A DNA stretch of 64,000 bases from Oscillospiraceae bacterium. Lineage in GTDB: Bacteria; Bacillota; Clostridia; UBA1212; SIG427. Numbering within the stretch: the stretch's first letter is position 1; the number at the start of each line of letters is the position of its first letter. Under the pieces are notes generated by a model. That model did no database searches and was not told where the DNA came from. It saw nothing but the letters and a program-made list of their open reading frames with translations. Where the stretch lies: positions 2,033-66,032 of the forward strand of contig SVJE01000009.1 of NCBI GenBank assembly GCA_015069135.1, written 5' to 3'. Made by a program: the position numbers and the translations under genes. This document shows positions 50,510 to 59,954 of the stretch, piece after piece.

Positions 50510-50744
50510 TCGCCGACAAAATTAAAAAATTCGTAATTTGTCGGTGAAAGTATAAAAAACTCGCCGATAATTACACTTGTACAGCATATTCGTCGGCGAC
50601 TTTTTAGATAAAATTGGCTTTTTTAGCCCGTTTGTAACCCATACAAGCCAAAAGTCGCCGACAAAGTTCTCAATCATAATCGTCTGTCGGCGAAAAAATG
50701 TACAAGTCGTCGACAAGTCTGCAAAACTCTCTTTTTGTCGGCGA
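50510..50744. repeat. Intergenic palindrome array D (4 units, core TCGCCGACAA..TTGTCGGCGA)
   Basis: Units 50510-50547, 50561-50599, 50655-50693, 50707-50744 (38, 39, 39, 38 bp); gaps 13, 55, 13. Confidence 0.9.
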
Positions 50745-50752
50745 TTCTCGCA

Positions 50753-50781
50753 TTGACCCTACTTATATGCCGTGATAAAAT
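50753..50781 (+). promoter_or_regulatory. Sigma-A-type promoter of GH36 gene
   Basis: TTGACC-17-TAAAAT with extended TG. Confidence 0.6.
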
Positions 50782-50811
50782 ATCCCCAGCATACAGATGA
50801 GAGGTTACATT

Positions 50812-52728
50812 ATGAATTACATACTTTCCGTGGAGCTTACAGATAAAAGTCCTGTGAAATTACATCTCACCACAGAAGACAACTATCCTATAAAAATTTC
50901 TGTGGAAGAAATTGATTTTACCATTAAAAAATCAACCAACTACACATTACCTGAATACACAATTTCTTTTGTGCCACAAAAAAAAATCTCCATGTACGCT
51001 GTAAGGGTATTACTTCCCTATAATGAAAACAAGACAGGTGACACCTCTCCCATATATTTTTATGACAACAACATCTGCACCAATGCATTTGCTGACATAA
51101 AGGAAATAGCAGCAGAAACACCCTACACCTACCGTTCCAGAGAAATTGTACTTGCTCAAAATAATAGTGGCAGACTTAATATTGCCTTTACAACATTCAA
51201 CCGTTTCTACACGGAATTTGGCACCAACAAAAAAGATATAGCCGCTTCAATATATTTAGAAAACAAGCCTGTAAAGAAAGGTGAGTTATATACCCTTGAA
51301 ACAATAGCCATGGATGACTCCACCCCTGGCTTGGAGTTTTTCGAAGAATACACTGAAATTCTCAGCAAAAAACACACTGTGGTTTTACCTGAATCAATTC
51401 CTGTCGGTTGGTCTTCCTGGTCATGTCTTTACGGTAGTGTTACACAGAACGAAGTACTAAAACAAGCCGGAGAGCTTGCAACCCATTGGAAAGAAAAAGG
51501 CGCTGACCTTATACAAATCGATGACGGATGGCAGGAAGGTGGTTCTTTTGCATCAATCTGGACAAATAACAAAAACACTTTCCCGGACGACATTCCCCAG
51601 CTTAAAGAAGAACTTAACAAACTTGGACTTCGTCTTGGACTGTGGCTCTCTCCCGGATTGATTATAGACAAATCAGAAGCCTTCGAAAACTTCCGCCCCT
51701 ACATTAACACAGTGGACGGTAAAATGGTTAAACATTTCGGTGGAGATGACACTTTAGCAGCTGATATAAACGGTTCAGTTTACGGTTTACGCCTTGATGA
51801 TAAGTATGTTCTTGATTATATAAAAGAAGTATTCCATAAATGTAAAGATGAATATGGTGCCTGCTATTTTAAGCTGGACTTTTTGATTAACCTTTTAATT
51901 CGTCTGGGAAATGGTGCATCAAGAGTTGAATATACCACCGGATATGCTGTAGAAGTATATAGAAATTTCATACATGAAATAAGAAAAACTGTAGGAGAAG
52001 ATTCTTTTCTTTTAGCCTGTGGTTCACCTGTGGGCGAATCTATAGGAATATATGATTCCATACGTATTTCCAATGACATAACCTGGGAAGGAGCCGGAAA
52101 TCCCGGTAGCATAAGCCCTTGGCTTATTATGTGGAAGGATGCTCAGAGTGCATTTTTAAGAAGCCCTTTCCACAAAAAGGTATTCATAAACGACCCTGAT
52201 GCTTTGTTGGTAAGGGATTTTGACTCAGGTCATAACGACGGGCTTAATTTAACTTATGAGGAAGCAAAAATGTGGGCGACGGTAGTTGCTATGACAGGAG
52301 GACAGATTTTAATTAACGAAGAAATACACAAGCTTTCAGAAGAAAGAAAGGCTTTGATTGATAATATTTTACCGCCTCTAGGTCTGGCAGCCCGTCCTCG
52401 TAATTTCTTTGAATTCCCTAAATGTACAGAAACATTCATTAACTTTGATGAAAACTCACAACTTTGCGCTTTGTACAACTGGGACGAAGAAGAAATAACC
52501 AAAGAATTTAAGAATCCTTTTGAAAAAAAAGCCATAATGATAGATTGCTGGAGCCACGAAATAATTGGGGAAATTGAAACCACCTACACCTTTACCTTTC
52601 CGCCACACACCTGTAAAGCTATGTTGGTAAAACGCATTCCTTCTCCGGGTGAGTTTCTCTATAACGACGGAAACTTTTATTTGGGACTGGGAGAAAGAAA
52701 TGGAAAAGACTATTATTACAAAGCATGA
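50812..52728 (+). CDS. Alpha-galactosidase, GH36 (clan D)
   Basis: GWSSW, IQIDDGWQ, GLWLSP, YFKLDFL nucleophile, RISND, NDPD. Confidence 0.88.
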   Translation: MNYILSVELTDKSPVKLHLTTEDNYPIKISVEEIDFTIKKSTNYTLPEYTISFVPQKKISMYAVRVLLPYNENKTGDTSPIYFYDNNICTNAFADIKEIAAETPYTYRSREIVLAQNNSGRLNIAFTTFNRFYTEFGTNKKDIAASIYLENKPVKKGELYTLETIAMDDSTPGLEFFEEYTEILSKKHTVVLPESIPVGWSSWSCLYGSVTQNEVLKQAGELATHWKEKGADLIQIDDGWQEGGSFASIWTNNKNTFPDDIPQLKEELNKLGLRLGLWLSPGLIIDKSEAFENFRPYINTVDGKMVKHFGGDDTLAADINGSVYGLRLDDKYVLDYIKEVFHKCKDEYGACYFKLDFLINLLIRLGNGASRVEYTTGYAVEVYRNFIHEIRKTVGEDSFLLACGSPVGESIGIYDSIRISNDITWEGAGNPGSISPWLIMWKDAQSAFLRSPFHKKVFINDPDALLVRDFDSGHNDGLNLTYEEAKMWATVVAMTGGQILINEEIHKLSEERKALIDNILPPLGLAARPRNFFEFPKCTETFINFDENSQLCALYNWDEEEITKEFKNPFEKKAIMIDCWSHEIIGEIETTYTFTFPPHTCKAMLVKRIPSPGEFLYNDGNFYLGLGERNGKDYYYKA

Positions 52729-52731
52729 GAA

Positions 52732-52761
52732 AAGCCCGGAGGCACATACGCTACCGGGCTT
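52732..52761. terminator. Bidirectional terminator
   Basis: AAGCCCGG / CCGGGCTT stem between convergent GH36 and hpt. Confidence 0.65.
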
Positions 52762-52772
52762 CTGAATTTCTG

Positions 52773-53324
52773 TTATTCACCATACTCTGCTATGTAAGGA
52801 AGATTTCTATACTTTTCTCCACAATCAAGACCATATCCGATTACAAAATGATCAGGAATCGTAAACAATGAAATATCCGCTTTGAAATCAACCAATCGTC
52901 TGGATGGTTTATCCAACAAAGTTACCACACGGAGAGATATAGGATTTCTTGTCTTCAGCATATCAACCACATCGTTAAGAGTTCTTCCTGTATCAATAAT
53001 ATCCTCAACAATAATTACATGATATTTGCTGATATCCTGATCCAGGTCCAGAGTTATCTTAACAACACCTGTTGAAACTGTACCGCTAAAATAACTTTTA
53101 GCGCACATAAAACCTATTTCACAGGGAACTGTAATAGCCCGGCACAAATCCGCCATAAAAACAAAAGCACCCTTAAGAATACTTACCAACAAAATGGGGC
53201 GACCATCATATGAATCACTTATTTCTTTGCCTGCTTTCTTAATAGCATCCTGAATTTCTTTTTCTGTAATAAGTACTCTTTTTATCTTATTATCATATTC
53301 TTCAATACATTTAATAGGGTCCAT
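52773..53324 (-). CDS. hpt: Hypoxanthine phosphoribosyltransferase
   Basis: ILKGAFVFMADL, IVEDIIDTG.TL, LLDKPSRR, FVIGYGLD..E.YRNLPYI. Confidence 0.96.
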   Translation of the reverse strand: MDPIKCIEEYDNKIKRVLITEKEIQDAIKKAGKEISDSYDGRPILLVSILKGAFVFMADLCRAITVPCEIGFMCAKSYFSGTVSTGVVKITLDLDQDISKYHVIIVEDIIDTGRTLNDVVDMLKTRNPISLRVVTLLDKPSRRLVDFKADISLFTIPDHFVIGYGLDCGEKYRNLPYIAEYGE

Positions 53325-53361
53325 TATTTACAACGCCTCCTGCATTTATTCACCTTTTTTA

Positions 53362-54930
53362 TTATAATAAATTTTCAATTAACAGTCTATATATTTCCTC
53401 AAATACATCTGTATCCGTATCGTAATCAGTAAATGATCTTACACATTTCTTAACTAACTCCATTGCTGTTTCAGGAGATTTTTCAGCTAACATCATTAAG
53501 AGCTCATAATCTTCTATACCGGAACGCATTGCCTCCAGCCGAACACTTCTAAGTACTATTTTACCCTTAGGATAAACGATGTGTGTGTCCCCTGCCGGAA
53601 GGATCTGCCCCATATGACCATCTACAAGGTCTCCTGCCAGCACAAAGGGGTTATCTCCGTTTGTATGATAATAGCTGAAGCCCCAATGTAAATACCCGGT
53701 AAAACCATACAGATAATTAGCCCAGTGAAGATATCTTGTTCTTATTAAATCAAGATCAAGAAGACGATTTAAGTATGTACCTCCCGGGAAACAACATGTA
53801 TAGTACCAACATTCCATATCCTTTTTAAGTCTGTCATAGCCTTCCCTGTCATTTACATATCCTATAGACTTCGGAACACAAATATCGATAGCTCCATCAA
53901 TATTGGTGGTTTCCACTGCATCAACCAAAGGGATACCGGGGAGAATTTCTTTAAATATTTTTGCAAGTTTACAATAATCTTCTGCGCAGCCATCATGTGG
54001 TTCATCTGCCACATGTTGAGTAGCATTATCCAGCCAATTATTTTCCTTGAGAAAAACATACCACTGAGAGTAGTAACTTTTTATAAGCTTAAGTCCTTCT
54101 TCCGAAAGTGCCGGATATTTTTCTTTTCCCCAGCGAACCAAAAATTCCGAAGAACCCCAGTTGGCACGGCACACCATGGTTTCACCCTCAATGTTTGTAA
54201 AACCTTCAGACAAAAAAATCTCAATAAATCTTTTCGTTCTGGTAAAATCAAATACATACTCACCATCAGACGTTACCGTTCTGGTGGCCAACTTACAATG
54301 GGTCATAAAATCAGTTTGTCTGCAAACTCTCATGGTTTTTGCATATTCTTTAATCATTTCCCAGTGTTCTTCCGACCAGCGTTCTACACCATGGAAATCA
54401 GCCATATCATTTAAGTCGTACCAATTTGTTACTCTCAGCTTTCCATTTTCAGGCACAGACACAGCTGAAACATTTATTGTTACAGGAATTGTCAGAATTT
54501 CTTCGGGATTCGTAATAATGAGACATCCGCTATATTTTCCGGCGCCTATACCTTTGGTACACCATTTGATATACAAAGCAGCTACTCTCTTTTCACCCGG
54601 TAAAATATTACCAGCTACAGGTTCCATAGGGTCAAAAACTTCAAAAGGAGCTTGTTTTGTAGCATGCGGCGCAGGTGTGCCCGGAGCCACAATAGTCTCC
54701 CACCCATCAGCACAATTTTTCTCCACTCTGACAGGTATCAGTTGATTTATTTCCGGCTCCAAGAAGGAATCTCCTGACCATTTTACCGTCAGACTTTCAA
54801 CACATTCACATAATACCTGAACACAGCCATAACTGTTTCCTACACAGTTAAGACTTATTTCTTTTTTTCCTTCTTTAGGATCAATATCCGGATATATCCA
54901 TTGATTCTGACTAAAAACACCGTAATTCAT
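53362..54930 (-). CDS. DUF4091-domain protein (GH123-like putative glycoside hydrolase)
   Basis: VADEP, WYYTCC.P, GYLHWG, GD..IVYP, SVRLE.MR.GIEDYELL. Confidence 0.78.
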   Translation of the reverse strand: MNYGVFSQNQWIYPDIDPKEGKKEISLNCVGNSYGCVQVLCECVESLTVKWSGDSFLEPEINQLIPVRVEKNCADGWETIVAPGTPAPHATKQAPFEVFDPMEPVAGNILPGEKRVAALYIKWCTKGIGAGKYSGCLIITNPEEILTIPVTINVSAVSVPENGKLRVTNWYDLNDMADFHGVERWSEEHWEMIKEYAKTMRVCRQTDFMTHCKLATRTVTSDGEYVFDFTRTKRFIEIFLSEGFTNIEGETMVCRANWGSSEFLVRWGKEKYPALSEEGLKLIKSYYSQWYVFLKENNWLDNATQHVADEPHDGCAEDYCKLAKIFKEILPGIPLVDAVETTNIDGAIDICVPKSIGYVNDREGYDRLKKDMECWYYTCCFPGGTYLNRLLDLDLIRTRYLHWANYLYGFTGYLHWGFSYYHTNGDNPFVLAGDLVDGHMGQILPAGDTHIVYPKGKIVLRSVRLEAMRSGIEDYELLMMLAEKSPETAMELVKKCVRSFTDYDTDTDVFEEIYRLLIENLL

Positions 54931-54934
54931 ATGT

Positions 54935-55738
54935 TCACCTTTCAAATATAGGGTACTCTTTAAGAGACTCCGCTACTTTGTATTCATCGTCTCCTTTTAC
55001 TGTCCATACAAATTTTACCGCCCTATGAAGACCGATGGCTAACTTAACAGGTAAGCGGTTTCTATCCACTTTGTTGTAAGCAATAAAATCAGGTCTTGAT
55101 ATGAAATTAAATACCATAGCTGTCAGTAAAATGTTAATAACAGATTTTTTATTTTTTTCTCTGCAGACATTTGTATAGAGCTGTCCGTAAAATGCATCCG
55201 GCAGATATTTTTTCATAGTTTTGATAAGTAACGGATTAAAAGATTCAATGCAATAGGGGCCCTTGTACGCTTTAAGTAAATTTGCTACCTTTACACAAAG
55301 CGATGTATTAAAATCTTCTCCTTTAAGTTCAACCAGCAAAGGAACCCTTCCGTCAACAAAACCCAGTACTTCCTTAAATGTAGGAATCTTTTCATCAGTA
55401 CCTGCTAATGAAAGCTGTTGTAACTCTTCTCCCGTTAATTCACAGACCTTCTTATCACTCTCTGTCATACGACCCAAAAGATAATCATGGTAAACCATAA
55501 CCTGACCGTCTTTTGAAAGCTGTACATCCAGTTCAATACCATATTCCTCTGCCACAGCCTTTTCAAAAGCTGCCAGGGAGTTTTCAGGTATATTTCCACC
55601 ATGTAACCCTCTATGAGCATAAGCTGTAAAAAGTCTTTCATCAGAAGGTATTCTTCCTCTTGGGGCCACCAGAACAAAAACATACAGTCCCAACAGTACA
55701 AGTAGTATCAATAATATAATTAAAATAACACTCAGCAT
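54935..55738 (-). CDS. Glycerophosphodiester phosphodiesterase
   Basis: AHRGLH, PENSLAAF, GIELDV, YHD, IPTF.EVL, VELK, SFNP, WTV. Confidence 0.92.
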   Translation of the reverse strand: MLSVILIILLILLVLLGLYVFVLVAPRGRIPSDERLFTAYAHRGLHGGNIPENSLAAFEKAVAEEYGIELDVQLSKDGQVMVYHDYLLGRMTESDKKVCELTGEELQQLSLAGTDEKIPTFKEVLGFVDGRVPLLVELKGEDFNTSLCVKVANLLKAYKGPYCIESFNPLLIKTMKKYLPDAFYGQLYTNVCREKNKKSVINILLTAMVFNFISRPDFIAYNKVDRNRLPVKLAIGLHRAVKFVWTVKGDDEYKVAESLKEYPIFER

Positions 55739-55740
55739 AA

Positions 55741-57111
55741 TCAATCAACATCCATGTGCTCTAAAGCACTTTTCTTTTCAACAGGAATAGAATCTCCGTG
55801 TTTAACAAAAAACATTGTAATAAATGAAAATACCACAAACAGGGCTCCAAATGTAAAGAATACATAACGCATTCCCAATAAATCATACAAAATACCGGAA
55901 AGTATAGGTGCTACTATCTGTGCTGACATAGAAGCTGTGTAATAGTAGCCGGTATATTTTCCTACATCACCATGTTTTGCAAGTTCAACAACCATAGGGA
56001 AAGAGTTTACATTTATTGTTGCCCAACCGATACCTGCCAATACAAACACAGGTATCATAATAACTTCAGGTGTTTTGGGAGTAATAAATATTCCGGCAGC
56101 AAATGCTGATGCCAAAATAAGCACACCTGCTAATATTGTTTTCTTTCTTCCTACTTTTGATGCAATAATTCCCACAGGAATATATGAGACTATAGCTGCT
56201 GCCTGAGCAATTATTAAAGTAAAATTAAAATCAAACCCTAAAATATTTGATGCATATACAGAATATTTACTGGTTATGGAGTTGTATCCAATAAACCAGA
56301 GCATTACTGAAGCAAGAATAAGTAAAAGTGATTTAAGTTCTGCCTTTGAAAGTTTGTTATTTGTTGTAGCTTCGTTGAAATTTTCCTCAACTAAACCCAA
56401 TTCAACAGAATCCCTTTCCATCTCTTCAGCCCATTTTTTCTCTTTTACACAAAGGAGAAAAATAACGAAGCCTGCAAGCATAACTAAGCAAACAGCAATT
56501 ACATAACCGGTGTATTCCATGTAAGGATTTTTTGATGTGGCAAATACCATACCTAAAACTAAAACTATAATACCACCGGCTGTACCTGTAAGATTTATAA
56601 TTGCATTTGCTTTGGAACGAAGTGGTTTCGGTGTTACGTCAGGCATTAATGCCACCGCCGGTGAACGGAAGGTTGCCATAGCAACCAACACTACTAAAAG
56701 GGTAGCTATGAAACCTATTAATGGTAAAGGATTGCTCAATGTTAGATCTAATGTTAATTTTCTTACTGATTCTGAACCTGGTATACCTGCTGCAATTACT
56801 TTGGAAATCTGATAGTTGTCAACTAATGTGAGACCTATAAAAGAGATTACTGCAATAATTGTTCCAAAAAAAATAAATGGAGTACGCTTTCCGAATCTTG
56901 TATTCACTTTATCTGAAATCGCACCAAATATAGGAAGCATAAATACTGCCAATATGTTATCAAAAGACATTACCGCTCCTGAAATTGTCTGCGGAAGTCC
57001 GAAATGATTTGTAAGTATAAGTGGAACTATTGCATCATAAGCCTGCCAAAATGCACTTATAAGAAAGAATGCCATTCCTACAAGCATAGTGCGTTTGTAA
57101 TTAAGTTTCAT
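55741..57111 (-). CDS. MFS transporter (maltose/sucrose-like)
   Basis: GAISDK..TRFGKRTPF, RSPAVALMPD, GRKKT; start trimmed to MKLNYK. Confidence 0.88.
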   Translation of the reverse strand: MKLNYKRTMLVGMAFFLISAFWQAYDAIVPLILTNHFGLPQTISGAVMSFDNILAVFMLPIFGAISDKVNTRFGKRTPFIFFGTIIAVISFIGLTLVDNYQISKVIAAGIPGSESVRKLTLDLTLSNPLPLIGFIATLLVVLVAMATFRSPAVALMPDVTPKPLRSKANAIINLTGTAGGIIVLVLGMVFATSKNPYMEYTGYVIAVCLVMLAGFVIFLLCVKEKKWAEEMERDSVELGLVEENFNEATTNNKLSKAELKSLLLILASVMLWFIGYNSITSKYSVYASNILGFDFNFTLIIAQAAAIVSYIPVGIIASKVGRKKTILAGVLILASAFAAGIFITPKTPEVIMIPVFVLAGIGWATINVNSFPMVVELAKHGDVGKYTGYYYTASMSAQIVAPILSGILYDLLGMRYVFFTFGALFVVFSFITMFFVKHGDSIPVEKKSALEHMDVD

Positions 57112-57267
57112 AGTATATCCCTTTCCCGGAAAAATTAAAATTATCTTATTGGTAAATATATCACATTTATAGGTAATATTGCAATTTTTCTTTATACCTG
57201 TTATTGATTTCAAATATATGTCACTGTAAAATAAACTTAAAAGCATACTTTTTACGGAGTTATGATT

Positions 57268-57948
57268 ATGAAAGATGAATGTTTGATTTGCGGAGCACCA
57301 CTTAAATATTTGGAAAACGACAAAGAGATGGAGTGCAGTATTTGCCATAAAAAAGGAAGAAGCAACACTGTATGTGAAAAGGGGCATTATGTATGTGACC
57401 AATGCCACACCGGAGGTGTAGATGAAATTATTGGGACATGCCTTAGAGAAACCTCAAAGAACCCTGTTGAAATTCTGAAAAAACTAATGGAATTGCCTTT
57501 CTGTCATATGCACGGACCGGAACATCATATAATGGTAGGTTCTGCACTACTTACAGCTTACAAAAACTCCGGAGGAGATTTTGACCTTAATAAGGCGCTT
57601 TCTGAAATGCAGGCCAGAGGTAAAAAAGTTCCCGGAGGAGCCTGTGGTTTTTGGGGGGCCTGTGGAGCCGGCATCAGCGCCGGGATGTTTATTTCAATCG
57701 TTACAGGCTCAACACCACTGAAGAATAAAGAGTGGGGATTGTCCAACGCCATGACCTCAGAAGCTTTAGGTGCTATTGCTGCCTTAGGAGGTCCTCGTTG
57801 TTGTAAAAGAAATTCCTACACAGCCATTGTTAAGGCGGTGGAATTTGTCAAAGTCAATCTGGGTATTGAGATGGAACTTGGTAAAATACAATGTACTCAT
57901 TCGGAAGAAAACAATCAGTGTATAATGGAAAGGTGCCCCTTTAAATGA
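57268..57948 (+). CDS. Cys-rich DUF5714-like protein with N-terminal zinc ribbon
   Basis: CLICGA, CSIC, C.KGHYVCDQCH, HMHGPEHH, GACGFWGACGAG, GPRCCKR. Confidence 0.75.
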   Translation: MKDECLICGAPLKYLENDKEMECSICHKKGRSNTVCEKGHYVCDQCHTGGVDEIIGTCLRETSKNPVEILKKLMELPFCHMHGPEHHIMVGSALLTAYKNSGGDFDLNKALSEMQARGKKVPGGACGFWGACGAGISAGMFISIVTGSTPLKNKEWGLSNAMTSEALGAIAALGGPRCCKRNSYTAIVKAVEFVKVNLGIEMELGKIQCTHSEENNQCIMERCPFK

Positions 57949-58334
57949 AAAAAATAATAGCTTTTATATGTGTACATAATTCTTGTCGTAGCCAGATTGC
58001 TGAAGCTTTGGGCAAATTTTTTTGTGGTGATAAATATGATTTTTATTCTGCAGGAACCGAAACCAAGCCCCAGATAAATCAAGACGCAGTACGTCTTATA
58101 AAACAGCTTTACGGTATTGATATGGAGAAAACACAGTATAGTAAGACCTTCGATAAAATCCCAACACCTGATATTGCAATTTCAATGGGTTGTGATGTTG
58201 GTTGTCCCTTTATAGGAAGAAATTTTGATGAAAATTGGGAGCTGTTAGATCCTACAGGTAATAGTGATAAGGTTTTTATTCAGGTTATAAAAGAGATAGA
58301 GAAAAAAGTAAAGGGACTGTCTTATTTTTATTGA
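57945..58334 (+). CDS. arsC: Arsenate reductase / LMW-PTP family
   Basis: CVHNSCRSQIAE P-loop, SAGTE, MGC...CP, W.L.DP. Confidence 0.85.
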   Translation: MKKIIAFICVHNSCRSQIAEALGKFFCGDKYDFYSAGTETKPQINQDAVRLIKQLYGIDMEKTQYSKTFDKIPTPDIAISMGCDVGCPFIGRNFDENWELLDPTGNSDKVFIQVIKEIEKKVKGLSYFY

Positions 58335-59152
58335 TTCATATTCACCTTTACAAAATCTTTATATTCTCTGACTTCTTCCCTATCTTTTAAACCATAAGTA
58401 TCGTAACTGACGGTTTCTTCTCTGACCAACCGATTAAGCTCGTCGTAATAATACGTACACTCCGAATTGCTTGTGGCTTCTCCACGCTCATTGTAGCTGG
58501 TTGTTTTGTCATGGATCAACTTGCCGGAATCATCATAGGTGTAATCTGTCTCAAATCCGATATAATACAAATTGAATTCGCTCATATTAATCATTTTTTT
58601 CATTTTGATTAGTTTGTTTTCTAAGTCATACTCATATATGTATTCATGATTTATGTCTTCTTCTGCAGTACCATGAGAATAGTATTCAGTCTTTTTAATA
58701 CAATTGTCACGGTCATCATATTCATATTTAAATCCGTCAGAGTTATTGTCTTTTTTGATTAACTGTCCTTTTTCGTTATATAAGTATTCATATTCCTTTT
58801 CACGGGTATAATGCTCGTCTGTAAAATTTGTAGAGAAATGTTCTTCCTTTATATATTCTTTTAATACTTTTCCATCTTCATCGAAAGTATATGTTGTGTC
58901 AAAACAAGAATCCCTTTCGTAGAACAGCTCCTTTGTATAGCATTGTTCTTTTATAATATTCCCATATGAATCATACTTGTATGTGTTTTTGTATTCTCCT
59001 TGAAAACCTCCGGAATCTTTAATGGTATATATTTCAGTCTTTGGTAAATATTTGTACCCTGAATCCGAATCTAAGTTTTTGGGACTACAGCCAAAAAGTC
59101 CTGATAACATAATAAAGGATAAAATAATTAAAAATACTTTTTTAGCACACAC
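58328..59152 (-). CDS. Lipoprotein with YD/RHS-like repeats
   Basis: Lipobox LFGC; repeated Y.YD..G....K units; GTG start after AAAGGCGGTG. Confidence 0.75.
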   Translation of the reverse strand: MCAKKVFLIILSFIMLSGLFGCSPKNLDSDSGYKYLPKTEIYTIKDSGGFQGEYKNTYKYDSYGNIIKEQCYTKELFYERDSCFDTTYTFDEDGKVLKEYIKEEHFSTNFTDEHYTREKEYEYLYNEKGQLIKKDNNSDGFKYEYDDRDNCIKKTEYYSHGTAEEDINHEYIYEYDLENKLIKMKKMINMSEFNLYYIGFETDYTYDDSGKLIHDKTTSYNERGEATSNSECTYYYDELNRLVREETVSYDTYGLKDREEVREYKDFVKVNMNQ

Positions 59153-59197
59153 AATTACCACCGCCTTTACTACAGTGTAGCACGAAAAAATAAATAT

Positions 59198-59236
59198 AGC
59201 AAAAAACCTCGTGCTTTCGTACGAGGTTTCTTTGCT
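59198..59236 (-). terminator. Intrinsic terminator after TetR gene
   Basis: AAACCTCGT / ACGAGGTTT stem with T runs on both strands. Confidence 0.7.
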
Positions 59237-59272
59237 GTTACAAACCATTTAGATACCACTTTGGTTTAACAT

Positions 59273-59791
59273 TTATCTGCCTCTATATTCCTGTTTTAGA
59301 ACCGCAGCCATTTCTTCGGGAGCTTCCTGACAACCATTGGCAAGCCACAACTTAATAATAGCATTAAGACCATTTCTAAAGAATTCAATATGATATTTGA
59401 TGTTGCTATCAATATGTTCTTTTTTTGCTCGCCTTGTGTCGTATATTGAAACAAGGTGTTTGTCGTCATAGCACAGCTTGAAATAAGTTTTGTAAAAAAT
59501 TTGGTTTTCTTTAATGTGTTTGAACATTTTTAGCGCACCTGTGCGCTCATTAAAATAATCGTAATCTGCAAACAAATTGCTGAAATCATTTTCGAGTTTT
59601 TCTCTTGTCTTGTCCGCAAGATCAAATATATCAATATAATTTGCATAAAAAGTACTGCGATTAAGCCCTGTTGTTTTTATAAGATTTGAAACGGTAATGT
59701 CCTTAATTTCACATGTTTGTAGCAGTTCTATAAATGCCCGTTCGATTTTCTCTTGCGACTCTCTGCGTCGCTTGTTGTTCTTTACATTCAT
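59273..59791 (-). CDS. TetR/AcrR family regulator
   Basis: ITVS.L....GLNRSTFYANY.DIFDL HTH; LWL.NG..E.PEEMA. Confidence 0.9.
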   Translation of the reverse strand: MNVKNNKRRRESQEKIERAFIELLQTCEIKDITVSNLIKTTGLNRSTFYANYIDIFDLADKTREKLENDFSNLFADYDYFNERTGALKMFKHIKENQIFYKTYFKLCYDDKHLVSIYDTRRAKKEHIDSNIKYHIEFFRNGLNAIIKLWLANGCQEAPEEMAAVLKQEYRGR

Positions 59792-59851
59792 AAGCATTCT
59801 CCATTATTCCAACATTTTTAGCCATCATGATGGTCACGTCTTCTTTTATTT

Positions 59852-59931
59852 CAACACTTGTCGTTTAATTGTCGATTGTTTTGCTTTAGCACGAATATTA
59901 TACTATAAGCACAATAAAAGCACAATTGTTG
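59852..59931. promoter_or_regulatory. Candidate TetR operators in divergent promoter region
   Basis: CAACACTTGTCG (59852-59863) and GCACAATTGTTG (59920-59931) resemble palindrome CAACAATTGTTG. Confidence 0.45.
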
Positions 59932-59954
59932 GTTTAATAAAAGGAGATTTAAAA

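Noticed and set aside
50522-50716. 64-aa ORF across array D (also short ORFs across arrays A and B)
   Set aside because: No SD or recognisable protein features; by-products of the repeat sequence
48320-50744. Arrays C and D as CRISPR arrays
   Set aside because: Repeats are short, alternate in orientation and are unevenly spaced; no cas genes in the window
57112-57408. N-terminal extension of the MFS ORF to 555 aa
   Set aside because: Overlaps the divergent DUF5714-like gene; MFS-like sequence and a plausible SD begin at 57111
58328-59152. YD-repeat protein as an Rhs toxin
   Set aside because: Short lipoprotein with no Rhs core end motif, toxin domain or immunity gene
59697-59954. N-terminal extension of the 208-aa ORF
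   Set aside because: Antisense to TetR and its promoter region; strong SD supports the start at 59955
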